64,000 nt of DNA, from assembly GCA_044892505.1 (NCBI GenBank), contig CM097883.1, positions 275,900,001 to 275,964,000 on the forward strand, in the 5' to 3' direction. Numbering within the stretch: the stretch's first letter is position 1; each line of letters begins with the position of its first letter. The translations under genes and the position numbers were made by a program. Below, in pieces: positions 36,042-49,456 of this stretch. The stretch is from Schmidtea nova (taxonomy: Eukaryota). Below the pieces are notes generated by a model that worked only from the letters and a program-made list of their open reading frames with translations, did no database searches and had not been told where the DNA came from.

Positions 36042-36778
36042 TGTTGGGTTATTATTATGTTAAGATCGGTTTACTGACCTGACTCCTCGTGCTCTTTAAT
36101 GATCGAGATCAATGAACCCAACACAGAACAATTTATTCACGATCAACACAAGTTATAATTTTTGTTATGTACACTTCTGATCAATTTACTCTTTCTTCCA
36201 GATTCGGATTTGATTCTTTAGTTAAAGGATAATTTCTCACTTTGTCTTTCTCGAAATCCACACGATCCCTTTTCGTTGGTTTTCAACACTTGTTAATATT
36301 TTCGTTTTAACTGTCAACTTGTCAGCCCCGTCCTCTGCTATGCACTGCCTTTTATACCTCTCGCAATTAACAATTAAATTTTATCAATATCTAAAAGTTA
36401 TCCAATCTCAGATTAAATTGTTTTACTAAAAAATTATTTTGATTGTCCTCGGGTGGATTTCCCCTAATTGCCCTGCGCAATCTCCTGACTTTGATCTCTC
36501 TGGTCTCTCCGCGCTCGGGCTTTCGTCATCGCTCGGGTTTCCCCTTGCCTCGCGCTTCCCATTGTCTCGGGCTTTCCATTGAGCGATTAATTAATTTTAA
36601 TTAGTTTGTTTTTACTATATAACTTTCTCTGGGGACCCCTTACTAAATTTCTATTATTATTTTTGGGTTCGTCTTTGAATATTAATTTTAAATTTTTGAT
36701 AAATTTTAATTAATTTTTGCACTTTTATTTATTTTGATATTTCTTGTTACTTTTTTGATTTTTATACTAATCCCAACA
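36042..36778 (-). mobile_element. Solo LTR (737 bp) inserted in the gag of element C
   Basis: TGTTGGG...CCCAACA ends; 4-bp TSD ATCC (36038-36041, 36779-36782); minus-strand AATAAA followed by a GT-rich tract near the 3' end. Confidence 0.85.
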
Positions 36779-39389
36779 ATCCGCTATGTCAGCGAGTGTT
36801 TAGAAATCGGCGTTATTGCTGGCTGCTAGGATCCACCTGATTTCTGGTGGCATTGCTCGCATAAAAATTTCTTTAACTAGTTTATTTGAACCGGAGTTTG
36901 TGATATTTGGTTACAAATATTCTAGTTTTTGTTTTAATTGTCTGAGGAAATCAGTGGGTTTGTTGTCATATAACTGAATGTTGTTGAGGCAATATATATT
37001 ATTGGAGCACAGGGTTTTTGTGGATTTAATTCCTGACAGAGTTAGTGATAGTTTGCCAAATTCCAGCCATTTTTGCGGAGTGCCATTTTCATCGGTAAAG
37101 TAGTAAGGTAAGTTCGGTAAGTTTGGGGTTGATTACTGAGTTTATTGTGTGTGGGTTGCCTGGGTTAAAATAATAATGGCTATTTTCTCTTTGTAATTGA
37201 GTGTTTTCTTCGTTGTTATGTGGTGCTTTTGGATTTGGTTGTTCATTGTTAGTCGAGGTAAATTGGTTTTGGTTTGATACAATTTGTTTTATTTTATTGA
37301 TGTTTCTTTTTTTTTGTTTATGTTGTAAAAAAACTGAGTTTCTTTTAAGGATATGGCTTACTGTGTTCAGCCAACAGAGACGCTATTCTTTATACCTCTA
37401 TACTAGGTATGTTTAAAGAGATGGCCCTTGAAAAAAACGATGTAGAAGTGTTATGTTTTTTTCCTTCTGACACCAATTATGTTGGAAATTTATATGATTA
37501 TATTGTATTTTGTTTATGTGTGTATGTAATTAAGTGTATGTGTAATTGTAATGTAACTTTATGTTGCGGTAATTTGTGGTAAACGGTAATGTTATCAGGA
37601 AGTCTGTTGAGCCCAGCCGAGTTACCTGAAAAAGTGTGTCCGTACAGCTGGGGTGCGGGTTATGTACGTGACTGTAGGTATGAGTGCGTGCCTGTGTAAA
37701 TGTTTACAATATTCAACAAAAATATTAAGTAATTATGAACAACTTTTATTTTTAAAAAACGTTGATAAACGTATGATACGTACTCAGGTATGTTCGAGGA
37801 TCACAGTAGTTCCTTTCTATGTTTTTCAAGTTCAGATAAATTTTCTTTTCTTGGTTATTAGCTCGTTTATATTTCTTTGATTTTGACCTTCTCAAATGGC
37901 GATGTATTTTTTATTTAACTTTTCGATTCCTTTCTTCTTTTGTTTTCTAATTTTTATTTTAGTCTTTCCAAATTGTCTTCTTTTGCTAGTGCGATCTTTG
38001 TTTCTTTAAAATAATTTTATATTGTTTTACACTATTTAATTTCTTATTGTCATAGACTTTCAAATTTTTTAAATCAATTTTCTTATTGTCGTTATAGTTA
38101 ATTTTCTGATCTCTATAGTTAAGCTTTGATTTGTTTTATCGATTTTTTTTTTGATCTCCGAATTTTAATTTTAATTTGTTATTTATTATTATTTTTTAGG
38201 TTTGAATTTTTTTTGAGTTTACAGACGAAAATAAAACAAAGGGGAGGTTATCCGGTATTCGCAAGGACACCAACTATAATAATGACAGCATTAACAATAA
38301 TAATAATGATAATGACAATAAAAATAATAAAAATAACAACCAGATATAACCTTTACATAGTGTTGTGGTTTTGGATGGGTTAAAACAAAAGATAAATACG
38401 CTCTAGGGATACCTCCATCCAAGCCTAAACATAAAATGCTTACGTGACACACGAGCACCCTCGACTATTTCCCTGGAATAATCGAGTTGGAAATGTGCAA
38501 GGTGTTTGAACAATGATGGGCAGGTGAGCTCTATTGCTAAAACTACTCCCCATTTATGTTCACGGGTCCATTGCTGCCGATAGAAGGACTTACGCTTTAC
38601 TTTCTATTTACTTGGTCCGATTCCCTTATCTTTTATTTCTAATTTTCTGCCCCTTCTTCACAATATCAACAGATAATTCGAATAGTTATACATCTATCTT
38701 CACTTTAATGTTCCTAATGTGCCTCATTGATCGAATTTTGTTAGCGCTTTTGCCAATTTATAATTTGTATTTGATTTAATTTTTTAGCTTTAATTTGAAA
38801 TATTTTAATGAATACTTTATTTTAACTACTTTACGATAAAATAAATACAAAACAAAACAAAAAAAATGTAATAAAACCAAATGTTTTGTACACCACAATG
38901 ATATAATTAAATAATGTTTGGCCATTCTATTCAAAATACTTGAGGAAATCATCATCAGCTACTGAAAGTTCCGTGGATAGATCTATTTCTGGAAATTCCT
39001 TAGTGATGTATTATCTGCTGCATAACTTGCTTTTTCAATCGGCGTTGTCTTGCGCCCATCTTGTTTTTCTTCTTCTTGATTTCGATGGTTGCTGCATTTT
39101 TCGGTGTAGTTTGAGTTGTTGTTTCCTGAACCCGAGATAGTTCTTCGGTATTGGTACCTTTCGAGCAACTTGCCTTCTCTTCCGACCAATGTTGATAAGT
39201 AATTGGTCGGATGAGTTGTTTTAATTCTTGATCGATGAACGATGTTGTAACTGACTTCAAACACTTTCTTAATTCAATCTTGGTTGCGTTAAGCTCGGTT
39301 CTAAATTCGTCTACGGCTCGATGCGATCGCTGATTTTTCAGAAGCTGGGCCTTCATCAGTAGGTAGAAGTGTGGAGCCGGAAACAAAGA

Positions 39390-39482
39390 CATTATGACTC
39401 ATCGATGACTCATAACAAAGAACCCCCCTGGGGGTAGAAAATTTTTTAATGACTCATCGCGATGACTCATCGACGACTCATT
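39390..39482 (+). promoter_or_regulatory. Cluster of AP-1/GCN4-like TGACTCA motifs in the left terminus
   Basis: Four perfect TGACTCA plus one CGACTCA; the right terminus (51520-51623) has five TGAGTCA, one CRE-like TGACGTCA and one variant. Confidence 0.5.
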
Positions 39483-39499
39483 TCAAATTCAAATTTTAA

Positions 39500-40530
39500 A
39501 TTTGAATTTCCAAAGGTCAAATAAGGTCAAACCTTCAAACAAGGGTATCATTCGAAAGGTCTTGGAAAGGTCTATCCAATGGTCATACGCTTGAAGGTTT
39601 ATGGAGGGTCCTTGACCTTCGAAGGGTCAAAAACCTTCAACCTTTTTTAAACCTTATAATATATATATCATTCAAAAGGTAATTGAGAGGTAAGTAAGAT
39701 GGTCATACCCTCGAAGGTGTAAGGTGGGTGCTCAACCTTCAAAGGGTCCAAAACCTTCAAACCTTATAAGTTATATATCATTCGAAAGGTAATTGAGAGG
39801 TAAGTAAGATGGTAATACCCTCGAAGGTGTATGGTGGGTGCTCAACCTTCAAAGGGTCTAAAACCTTCAAACCTTATAACTTATATATCAAACAAAAGGT
39901 AATTGAAATGTGCACACAATGGTCATACCTTCAAAGGTCATACCCTTGAAGGGTCCAAGGTTAAAATTTTTAAAACTATATAATATGTATATCAAACAAA
40001 AGGTAATTGTGAGATGTGTGTGTGTGTGTTACAATTTGCCAGACGAGAGTGTGTATGTGTGTGTTACAAATCCTTTTTTCAAACCTTATAATATGTATAT
40101 CAAACAAAAGGTAATTGAAATGTGCACACAATGGTCATACCTTCAAAGGTCATACCCTTGAAGGGTCCAAGGTTCAAATTTTTAAAACTATATATCATAT
40201 GTATATCAAACAAAAGGTAATTGTGAGATGAGTGTGTGTGTGTGTGTGTTACAAATCCTTTTTTCAAACCTTATAATATGTATATCAAACAAAAGGTAAT
40301 TGAAATGTGCACACAATGGTCATACCTTCAAAGGTCATAACCTTGAAGGGTCCAAGGTTCAAATTTTTAAAACTATATAATATGTATATCAAACAAAAGG
40401 TAATTGTGAGATGAGTGTGTGTGTGTGTTACAATTTGTCAGGCGAGTATACATATGTGTGTGTGTGTGTTACAAATCCTTATTCAAACCTTATAATATAC
40501 ATATCATTCGAAAGGTAATTATGGTGTGTG
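39500..40530 (+). repeat. Subterminal tandem arrays of the Polinton left end (mirrored at ~50690-51500)
   Basis: ~110-120 bp units rich in ACCTTCGAAGGT-like palindromes, followed by longer units containing (TG)n tracts. Confidence 0.8.
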
Positions 40531-41304
40531 TGTGTGTTACAATTATTTTCTATTTCCTACCTGAATTACAACAAAGACATTGCAAACCATGTGCAACGAA
40601 ACAAATACTAATGTAACTTGTATTTGAATATATGTACACGATTATATTTCATGTGTGTGTGTGTGTTTGGATTTTTAATATGAATACGGGTAAGCATTGA
40701 ACCCACGTTCTGATTCTTTCATTCTATAACACCCCGCGTGCAAATTGATAATATTAATTTGAATAATNNNNNNNNNNNNNNNNNNNNNNNNNNNNNNNNN
40801 NNNNNNNNNNNNNNNNNNNNNNNNNNNNNNNNNNNNNNNNNNNNNNNNNNNNNNNNNNNNNNNNNNNNNNNNNNNNNNNNNNNNNNNNNNNNNNNNNNNN
40901 NNNNNNNNNNNNNNNNNNNNNNNNNNNNNNNNNNNNNNNNNNNNNNNNNNNNNNNNNNNNNNNNNNNNNNNNNNNNNNNNNNNNNNNNNNNNNNNNNNNN
41001 NNNNNNNNNNNNNNNNNNNNNNNNNNNNNNNNNNNNNNNNNNNNNNNNNNNNNNNNNNNNNNNNNNNNNNNNNNNNNNNNNNNNNNNNNNNNNNNNNNNN
41101 NNNNNNNNNNNNNNNNNNNNNNNNNNNNNNNNNNNNNNNNNNNNNNNNNNNNNNNNNNNNNNNNNNNNNNNNNNNNNNNNNNNNNNNNNNNNNNNNNNNN
41201 NNNNNNNNNNNNNNNNNNNNNNNNNNNNNNNNNNNNNNNNNNNNNNNNNNNNNNNNNNNNNNNNNNNNNNNNNNNNNNNNNNNNNNNNNNNAATAACTTT
41301 GAAA

Positions 41305-41306
<2 letters not shown>

Positions 41307-41393
<87 letters not shown>
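41307..41393 (+). repeat. (AAT)n microsatellite in the left arm, mirrored as (ATT)n at ~50019-50081
   Basis: Direct reading; both lie next to N gaps. Confidence 0.9.
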
Positions 41394-41394
<1 letters not shown>

Positions 41395-41801
41395 TTAGAA
41401 AATTAAAAAATAAATAACAAAATAACTCTAAATACATTAAATCAATAACACATAAAAGAAGACGGTAATAGTTTTAATTGATTTCGCAATTTTTTATACA
41501 ATCAACAATTATGGCCCTAAGGAGGACCATTTTTAACTTTCACAAATATTTGCGAATCTCTCTGTTTGATTCTCTCTGTTTTATTCTCAGGTTAATATCA
41601 TTAACATATCTTTTTGAATCTCTTTTTACAATCATTAACAAATCGTTGTTTCTTTTTTCATCCCTGTTTTCCTAATTTCTAAACAATATTAGTTTTAATT
41701 GATTGCGCAATATTTTATACAATCGCGAATTGTGGCCCTGAAGAGGGCCGATTGTTCATTCTCAATATTTTTTTGATTTTCTTTTTGTTTCTTTATCGCC
41801 A

Positions 41802-44800
41802 TCATCTGAAATAATCGTGGTCCGGAGGCTCATAAAAAGCATAAGGGTCTTCATCCATCGGCAATGTCGGTACATCATTGATTTCTTCTGCTGGATCATC
41901 TACAAATATATTGGTGTCACCCCCTCTATAGTGGCCATATGCCAAACTTTTATTTTTATCTATCCAATTACGCTTGTCGTCCTTACAAGTCAAAGCCCTT
42001 TTATTATTTTTAATACTAAATAACTGATGGTTCTTACTAGTTATTCTGAACTGGGGGACTGTATATATTTTATTATTTAAATAGCAATCAAGATACGACT
42101 GATGTGTTAGTCCAGCATCTTTCATGCAAATACCCTTGGCTTTCATACAAGCCTCATCACCCATTAAACTATAGCACTTTGGTCTTAAGAACACCCACTC
42201 TTCATACAGTAGCCCTTTATTCTCGTCTTTGAATTTTCCAATGACAGAATCAAGGTTCCTACTGTATAAAGGATGATTTGGGTCATAATTCGAAGTGTCC
42301 AGAAGATTGTCCCTAATCATAGCCGGTAATAGTAAGTCTAAAGAAAGATTTTTAATTTCTAAAAAGAAGGAATCAGTGTCCCCAGCAACGATATTAATTT
42401 CGCAGTTGAAGTCGTCACGATATTTTTGCAACTCTTCATACTGCAGCTGGTACATCCTAAGTTTGGATAAATCTAGTACTGTTTGACCAATGTAACTAGG
42501 TCTATCCAAACACACTGATTCCTTCCTTAACAAAACAGAAATCAAGTCATTGTCGATTTTAGTGGATTTTCGGAAAGTCGGTTTGGAACAGTATGTCAAC
42601 AATTTCTGTGAAGAATTGCACAAACGCAAATTAATTCGTTTTTTAAGATTTTCAACAGTCTTGCCGTAAAGACTGTTGTTTAGTAATTTATAAACATTTT
42701 TGTCTAATTTATTTGACGACGCTGCTCGTAACGCCGTATTTGTATTGATATAATTTTCAAATATTTTTTCTTGTGTGAATTTAATTGCTCTGTGTGTTTT
42801 AGTTATTTTAACACCTAATTTAATAAACTGTTGCAGAAGCCTCCAATGAAGAACATAATTCTTCTTTGGAGAGTGCGTTAGAAGCAGCTTCTCAACTTTC
42901 GAACCCGGTACACACATCTTTTCAGCGGCAACTGGAAGATCATCCAGTTTGTCGTGAATCGATGCCGGTATTTCCAAATCCACTTCTATGGTGTAACCAT
43001 AATGAAGTGCATCTAGATTTACCGATGTACATTCAGCAATAATTTCATTTAATAATTGATCATCTGTGACCCATTCAAAGTTACTGCATGGTAGAGGCTG
43101 ACTTAAAGCCCAACCATATAAATTATTTATATCTATGTAAAGCAATGCGGTATCCGGGCCTGTTTTTACATAGTGTTTATTTACAAAGGTTAATCCGCCA
43201 CGGATACCGCCCTCGAAAAAAATTATACATCTCCATATCGGTGAGGAGCTCAATTGGAGATTTTAAAGTTAATAAGGCGGAATTCCAAGACATACCTGGA
43301 ATTCCCAAAAAATTTAGTGGCTCTAGTCGGTTATGTGCAATAGATTTCGATCTAAATTGCTGAAAATAATCAGCTAAAAGGAATACATCGAGTTTTAAAT
43401 AAACCATCATGTAATCAAAAAGCAATGTACATGAGGTTTCCCGCCAAATTCTCTGAGCTGTCTCATATTCATCTGGTTTGACGTCTTTCCAGATAGGAGG
43501 TAATTCATGTGTGTTTTGTAAAACTTCTAAAGAAGTAGCCGTATCATAAGGAAAAATTCCCTTTGCAGTTATTATTGTACCCTGAAATTCTGATTCTGTC
43601 AAGGGTAAAGAAGTTAAAGTTTTGACAGCATTATTTAAAGACTCGCTGACAAATTGGTAAGAGTCTATGAATTTAACGGTTAAGGAGTCAATCCTAGCAA
43701 AAAGACTAAGGAATTTCTCGCTGGTCAAAGGAACACAACTAATATTCCAGGAATGATATTTCGAAAGGCCAAATTTTAAGATGTGGTGTAGATCATAACC
43801 CTTTAAATTATGAAAGATGACGGGAAGGGTATGTCTAATTTGCCTTGATACATTGCAAGCTTTGCAAGCTGCGCCAAGAAATAGACCGGTAAAATGGTCA
43901 CGGTCCCTAACTGGACAAACTAAAGGCTTATTGCACAAATAACAAATTGTGCTGTTTTCAAATTCTAATTGTTGAAGACCTGTAATTATCATTTTCTTTT
44001 GATAATTTTTATAATAAAACGGCGTCACTATATTTTTACTAATCAACTCAATTTCATTAAGAAATTGATCGACGCAATCTAATCCGAAAAATGATTTATA
44101 AATTTTTACCCCGGTAAAATTATTAATTAAAAGCAAACCGGCAGAAATAGGCAAGTGGCGTTGAAAGTAACGGGTGTCCTTAGGTAAGATAGCCTCAAAG
44201 TCGGCGTAAATAACAAATGGAGGAGTGACGGTTTTCTTCCAATCACTAAATTCTAGATATTTGTTCTTGGGCAATGTGTACAAGGTAGTACCCAGCTGAT
44301 TTCTATCACAAAGACCCCTATGCCTATTAAAAGACTCATCATTCCTGAAACCGTTTAAACACCTAGGACACCACTGACTACAAATCCTAACAGAAGTGAT
44401 TGCACTATTCCTACAATTAAGGAACCTATTTAAATCTGTGATAGCCACATAATGGTAAGTTTTTTTATTTTCGATTAATAATAAATTTATAGGTATTCCT
44501 CCTACTACCTTACTTCGGTAAATTATGTCAATAAAAGGATGCTTTAAAACTGCATCTTCGTCGGAAATGTCAATCAAGGCCTTTTCATCATAACTGAGAA
44601 CATTAATACTATAGCCGGGATTTTGATGTTCAAATTTACCTATATTTGCCAGCTTCATAGGCATGTCATTGGGGTCAAATTTTAATTGTGAAAGATCGTA
44701 AGAAGTGGGACGATTTCTATATAGCCTATTGACACTATCATACTTAACAATTGATAAGAAACTATATGCAAAACAAAGATTATCAGTATTTTTTACATTT

Positions 44801-45877
44801 ATGAGACAGCTTAAATTTTTTAATGACCTTGGTGTTTCAATAAAACTATTGCCACTTAACCGACTTATTTCTGAAAATTTAGTGAGCACAAAACTTATGT
44901 ACTCAATCTTACTGATAGTCCAATTGCTACCTTTTTCATTAATTTGGACTATCTTCTCATTTAAATTAGAGATACCTTCGTCAATGAAGGTATCACTCCA
45001 AACTCGGGCGGAATTTGAGATGAAGAAAGATTGTAACTCATCATCTTTCTCAAATTCCACCTTAAGGCAAAATTGTATTTTACAGGATTTTAATTTATTT
45101 ACATAAAAATTTAATTTGTCTAACAAAATGTCCGGCACTGAGACCGTTTTTAATTCTAGATTTGTTACATCTAATTTAATTATGACATGGTTGTCGTTCA
45201 AGTCAGAATTGACTTCGACTAACCCCATACCAATTTGATTATTATTTATAATATTAATTATATCTGAAAAATCATCATCATCGATCATGGTAATTTCTTC
45301 ATCATCATCAATGATGGATATAATATCAATATTATTACTATTATTATAATAAATATCTTCATCATCACTGATGGTTATAATATCAATATTATTATTAATT
45401 AAATCTTCATCATCACTGATGTCGATTATTATTATTTTTATTAGGAGTTGAATCTATTTTATGTGTATTTTTTCGTTTATTATTTTGTAAATTATTATTA
45501 TTGTTATTGATGTTGTTGGAATTATTATTATTTTGTAAATTATTATTATTGTTATTGTTATTGTTGGAATTATTAATATTGTTATTGTTATTGTTGGAAT
45601 TATTATTTTGTAAATTATTAATATTGTTGTTGTTATTATTATTATAATTATTATTAATATTGTTCGAATTATTAAGATTATTATTATGATTAAAGTTATT
45701 AGAAATATAGTTTTGGTATAAACTATTAAAAAGAGATTTCTTAGAAGGCATATATTGGGTAAGATGTGACCTATGATGATGAAAAAATTCATTATAAGAA
45801 GTAGTCTCTATAATTTTACATTTTGGGCAGAGGAGGTGGGTGACACCATTATATTTGTATGAATAGTATTTTTCCAT
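41802..45877 (-). pseudogene. polB: pPolB of the left arm, full length but split by two +1 homopolymer frameshifts (ORFs 45413-45877, 43177-45288, 41802-43253)
   Basis: N-terminal Cx2C..H..H motif, Asn-rich linker, endonuclease-VII-like CYLC..D(R)DH..C..CN, exonuclease FHNLKGYD/YLKLDV, polymerase YIDINNLYG, KLLNNSLYGKT, GDTDS. Confidence 0.93.
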
Positions 45878-46221
45878 AATGATATGGCAATCATTATGGA
45901 AACGACTATTACAAAAAATGGAATATAATAAACCTGAATATTAAATAAAAATTTAAATAAAATTTAAATAAAATGGTTAAAAATAATTATAAATGTTTTT
46001 TTTTCTTTAACATAAATTGTAATAGTTATAAAAAATATTACAAATTATATTAAAGATTATCATATTAATTATTATTTTAACATTTAGCATATTAAGTAAT
46101 TGAAATATATTACTTAATATGTTAAAGGTATATTTATCATAAAAAAAATCATATTAATAATATCAAACAAATTTTCTTTTTCAATATAAAAATATTATAA
46201 TTTCCATCAATATTTTCTTTT

Positions 46222-46470
46222 GAAAATGTCAATAAAAATGATGATAATTTATGAAACATTTATTATTTTGAAAATGAGGTTATAAATGTTGAAAATTTAT
46301 GAAACATTTATTATTTTGAAAATTTATGAATCCTTTATTATTTTGAAATGATGATATAATTGTTAATTTATGAAAATTTATTATGATATAATTGTTGATA
46401 ATTTATGCAACCTTTATTCTTTTGAAATTATGATATAAATGTTAATTTATTATGATATTTTATGACCATA
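46222..46470. other. Non-palindromic AT-rich spacer at the symmetry centre
   Basis: Inverted identity stops at ...CCATCAATATTTTCTTTT (46221) and resumes at AAAAAGAAAATATTGATGG (46471); the spacer holds short direct repeats such as ATTTATGAAACATTTATTATTTTGAAAAT. Confidence 0.8.
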
Positions 46471-46814
46471 AAAAAGAAAATATTGATGGAAATTATAATA
46501 TTTTTATATTGAAAAAGAAAATTTGTTTGATATTATTAATATGATTTTTTTATGATAAATATACCTTTAACATATTAAGTAATATATTTCAATTACTTAA
46601 TATGCTAAATGTTAAAATAATAATTAATATGATAATCTTTAATATAATTTGTAATATTTTTTATAACTATTACAATTTATGTTAAAGAAAAAAAAACATT
46701 TATAATTATTTTTAACCATTTTATTTAAATTTTATTTAAATTTTTATTTAATATTCAGGTTTATTATATTCCAATTTTTGTAATAGTCGTTTCCATAATG
46801 ATTGCCATATCATT

Positions 46815-49456
46815 ATGGAAGAATACTATTCATACAAATATAATGGTGTCACCCACCTCCTCTGCCCAAAATGTAAAATTATAGAGACTACTTCTTATAA
46901 TGAATTTTTTCATCATCATAGGTCACATCTTACCTAATATATGCCTTCTAAGAAATCTCTTTTTAATAGTTTATACCAAAACTATATTTCTAATAACTTT
47001 AATCATAATAATAATCTTAATAATTCGAACAATATTAATAATAATTATAATAACAACAACAACAACAATATTAATAATTTACAAAATAATAATTCCAACA
47101 ATAACAATAACAATATTAATAATTCCAACAATTAATAATTTTACCGGGGTAAAAATTTATAAATCATTTTTCGGATTAGATTGCGTCGATCAATTTCTTA
47201 ATGAAATTGAGTTGATTAGTAAAAATATAGTGACGCCGTTTTATTATAAAAATTATCAAAAGAAAATGATAATTACAGGTCTTCAACAATTAGAATTTGA
47301 AAACAGCACAATTTGTTATTTGTGCAATAAGCCTTTAGTTTGTCCAGTTAGGGACCATGACCATTTTACCGGTCTATTTCTTGGCTCAGCTTGCAAAGCT
47401 TGCAATGTATCAAGGCAAATTAGACATACCCTTCCCGTCATCTTTCATAATTTAAAGGGTTATGATCTACACCACATCTTAAAATTTGGCCTTTCGAAAT
47501 ATCATTCCTGGAATATTAGTTGTGTTCCTTTGACCAGCGAGAAATTCCTTAGTCTTTTTGCTAGGATTGACTCCTTAACCGTTAAATTCATAGACTCTTA
47601 CCAATTTGTCAGCGAGTCTTTAAATAATGCTGTCAAAACTTTAACTTCTTTACCCTTGACAGAATCAGAATTTCAGGGTACAATAATAACTGCAAAGGGA
47701 ATTTTTCCTTATGATACGGCTACTTCTTTAGAAGTTTTACAAAACACACATGAATTACCTCCTATCTGGAAAGACGTCAAACCAGATGAATATGAGACAG
47801 CTCAGAGAATTTGGCGGGAAACCTCATGTACATTGCTTTTTGATTACATGATGGTTTATTTAAAACTCGATGTATTCCTTTTAGCTGATTATTTTCAGCA
47901 ATTTAGATCGAAATCTATTGCACTTAACCGACTAGAGCCACTAAATTTTTTGGGAATTCCAGGTATGTCTTGGAATTCCGCCTTATTAACTTTAAAATCT
48001 CCAATTGAGCTCCTCACCGATATGGAGATGTATAATTTTTTTCGAGGGCGGTATCCGTGGCGGATTAACCTTTGTAAATAAACACTATGTAAAAACAGGC
48101 CCGGATACCGCATTGCTTTACATAGATATAAATAATTTATATGGTTGGGCTTTAAGTCAGCCTCTACCATGCAGTAACTTTGAATGGGTCACAGATGATC
48201 AATTATTAAATGAAATTATTGCTGAATGTACATCGGTAAATCTAGATGCACTTCATTATGGTTACACCATAGAAGTGGATTTGGAAATACCGGCATCGAT
48301 TCACGACAAACTGGATGATCTTCCAGTTGCCGCTGAAAAGATGTGTGTACCGGGTTCGAAAGTTGAGAAGCTGCTTCTAACGCACTCTCCAAAGAAGAAT
48401 TATGTTCTTCATTGGAGGCTTCTGCAACAGTTTATTAAATTAGGTGTTAAAATAACTAAAACACACAGAGCAATTAAATTCACACAAGAAAAAATATTTG
48501 AAAATTATATCAATACAAATACGGCGTTACGAGCAGCGTCGACAAATAAATTAGACAAAAATTTTTATAAATTACTAAACAACAGTCTTTACGGCAAGAC
48601 TGTTGAAAATCTTAAAAAACGAATTAATTTGCGTTTGTGCAATTCTTCACAGAAATTGTTGACATACTGTTCCAAACCGACTTTCCGAAAATCCACTAAA
48701 ATCGACAATGACTTGATTTCTGTTTTGTTAAGGAAGGAATCAGTGTGTTTGGATAGACCTAGTTACATTGGTCAAACAGTACTAGATTTATCCAAACTTA
48801 GGATGTACCAGCTGCAGTATGAAGAGTTGCAAAAATATCGTGACGACTTCAACTGCGAAATTAATATCGTTGCTGGGGACACTGATTCCTTCTTTTTGGA
48901 AATTAAAAATCTTTCTTTAGACTTACTTTTACCGGCTATGATTAGGGACAATCTTCTGGACACTTCGAATTATGACCCAAATCATCCTTTATACAGTAGG
49001 AACCTTGATTCTGTCATTGGAAAATTCAAAGACGAGAATAAAGGGCTACTGTATGAAGAGTGGGTGTTCTTAAGACCAAAGTGCTATAGTTTAATGGGTG
49101 ATGAGGCTTGTATGAAAGCCAAGGGTATTTGCATGAAAGATGCTGGACTAACACATCAGTCGTATCTTGATTGCTATTTAAATAATAAAATATATACAGT
49201 CCCCCAGTTCAGAATAACTAGTAAGAACCATCAGTTATTTAGTATTAAAAATAATAAAAGGGCTTTGACTTGTAAGGACGACAAGCGTAATTGGATAGAT
49301 AAAAATAAAAGTCTGGCATATGGCCACTATAGAGGGGGTGACACCAATATATTTGTAGATGATCCAGCAGAAGAAATCAATGATGTACCGACATTGCCGA
49401 TGGATGAAGACCCTTATGCTTTTTATGAGCCTCCGGACCACGATTATTTCAGATGA
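46815..49456 (+). pseudogene. polB: pPolB of the right arm with a ~1.43-kb internal deletion and the same T7 frameshift
   Basis: Reverse complement of the left arm; junction at ~47130-47132 (3-bp microhomology) removes the equivalent of ~44129-45559; ORFs 46900-48081 and 48005-49456. Confidence 0.93.

Larger units (their letters stand above)
31835..38357 (-). mobile_element. Ty3/Gypsy element C, degenerate, 3'-truncated, with two nested solo LTRs
   Basis: 5' LTR ~37480-38357 (starts TGTAAAGG), PBS 37463-37475, gag/protease nearly identical in places to element A (MSPMIAPTFGDKN), RT (YLDD), RNase H and integrase remnants in ORFs 33781-34059, 33553-33774 and 32632-33057. Confidence 0.85.

Noticed and set aside
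45454-47135. Ile/Thr-rich hydrophobic ORFs (45454-45792 and the start of 46900-48081) as membrane proteins
   Set aside because: They are the alternative frame of the AAT/AAC-rich Asn linker.
7382-49441. Short antisense ORFs over GCNA, Gypsy and polB sequences
   Set aside because: Shadow frames of recognised coding regions with no independent motifs.
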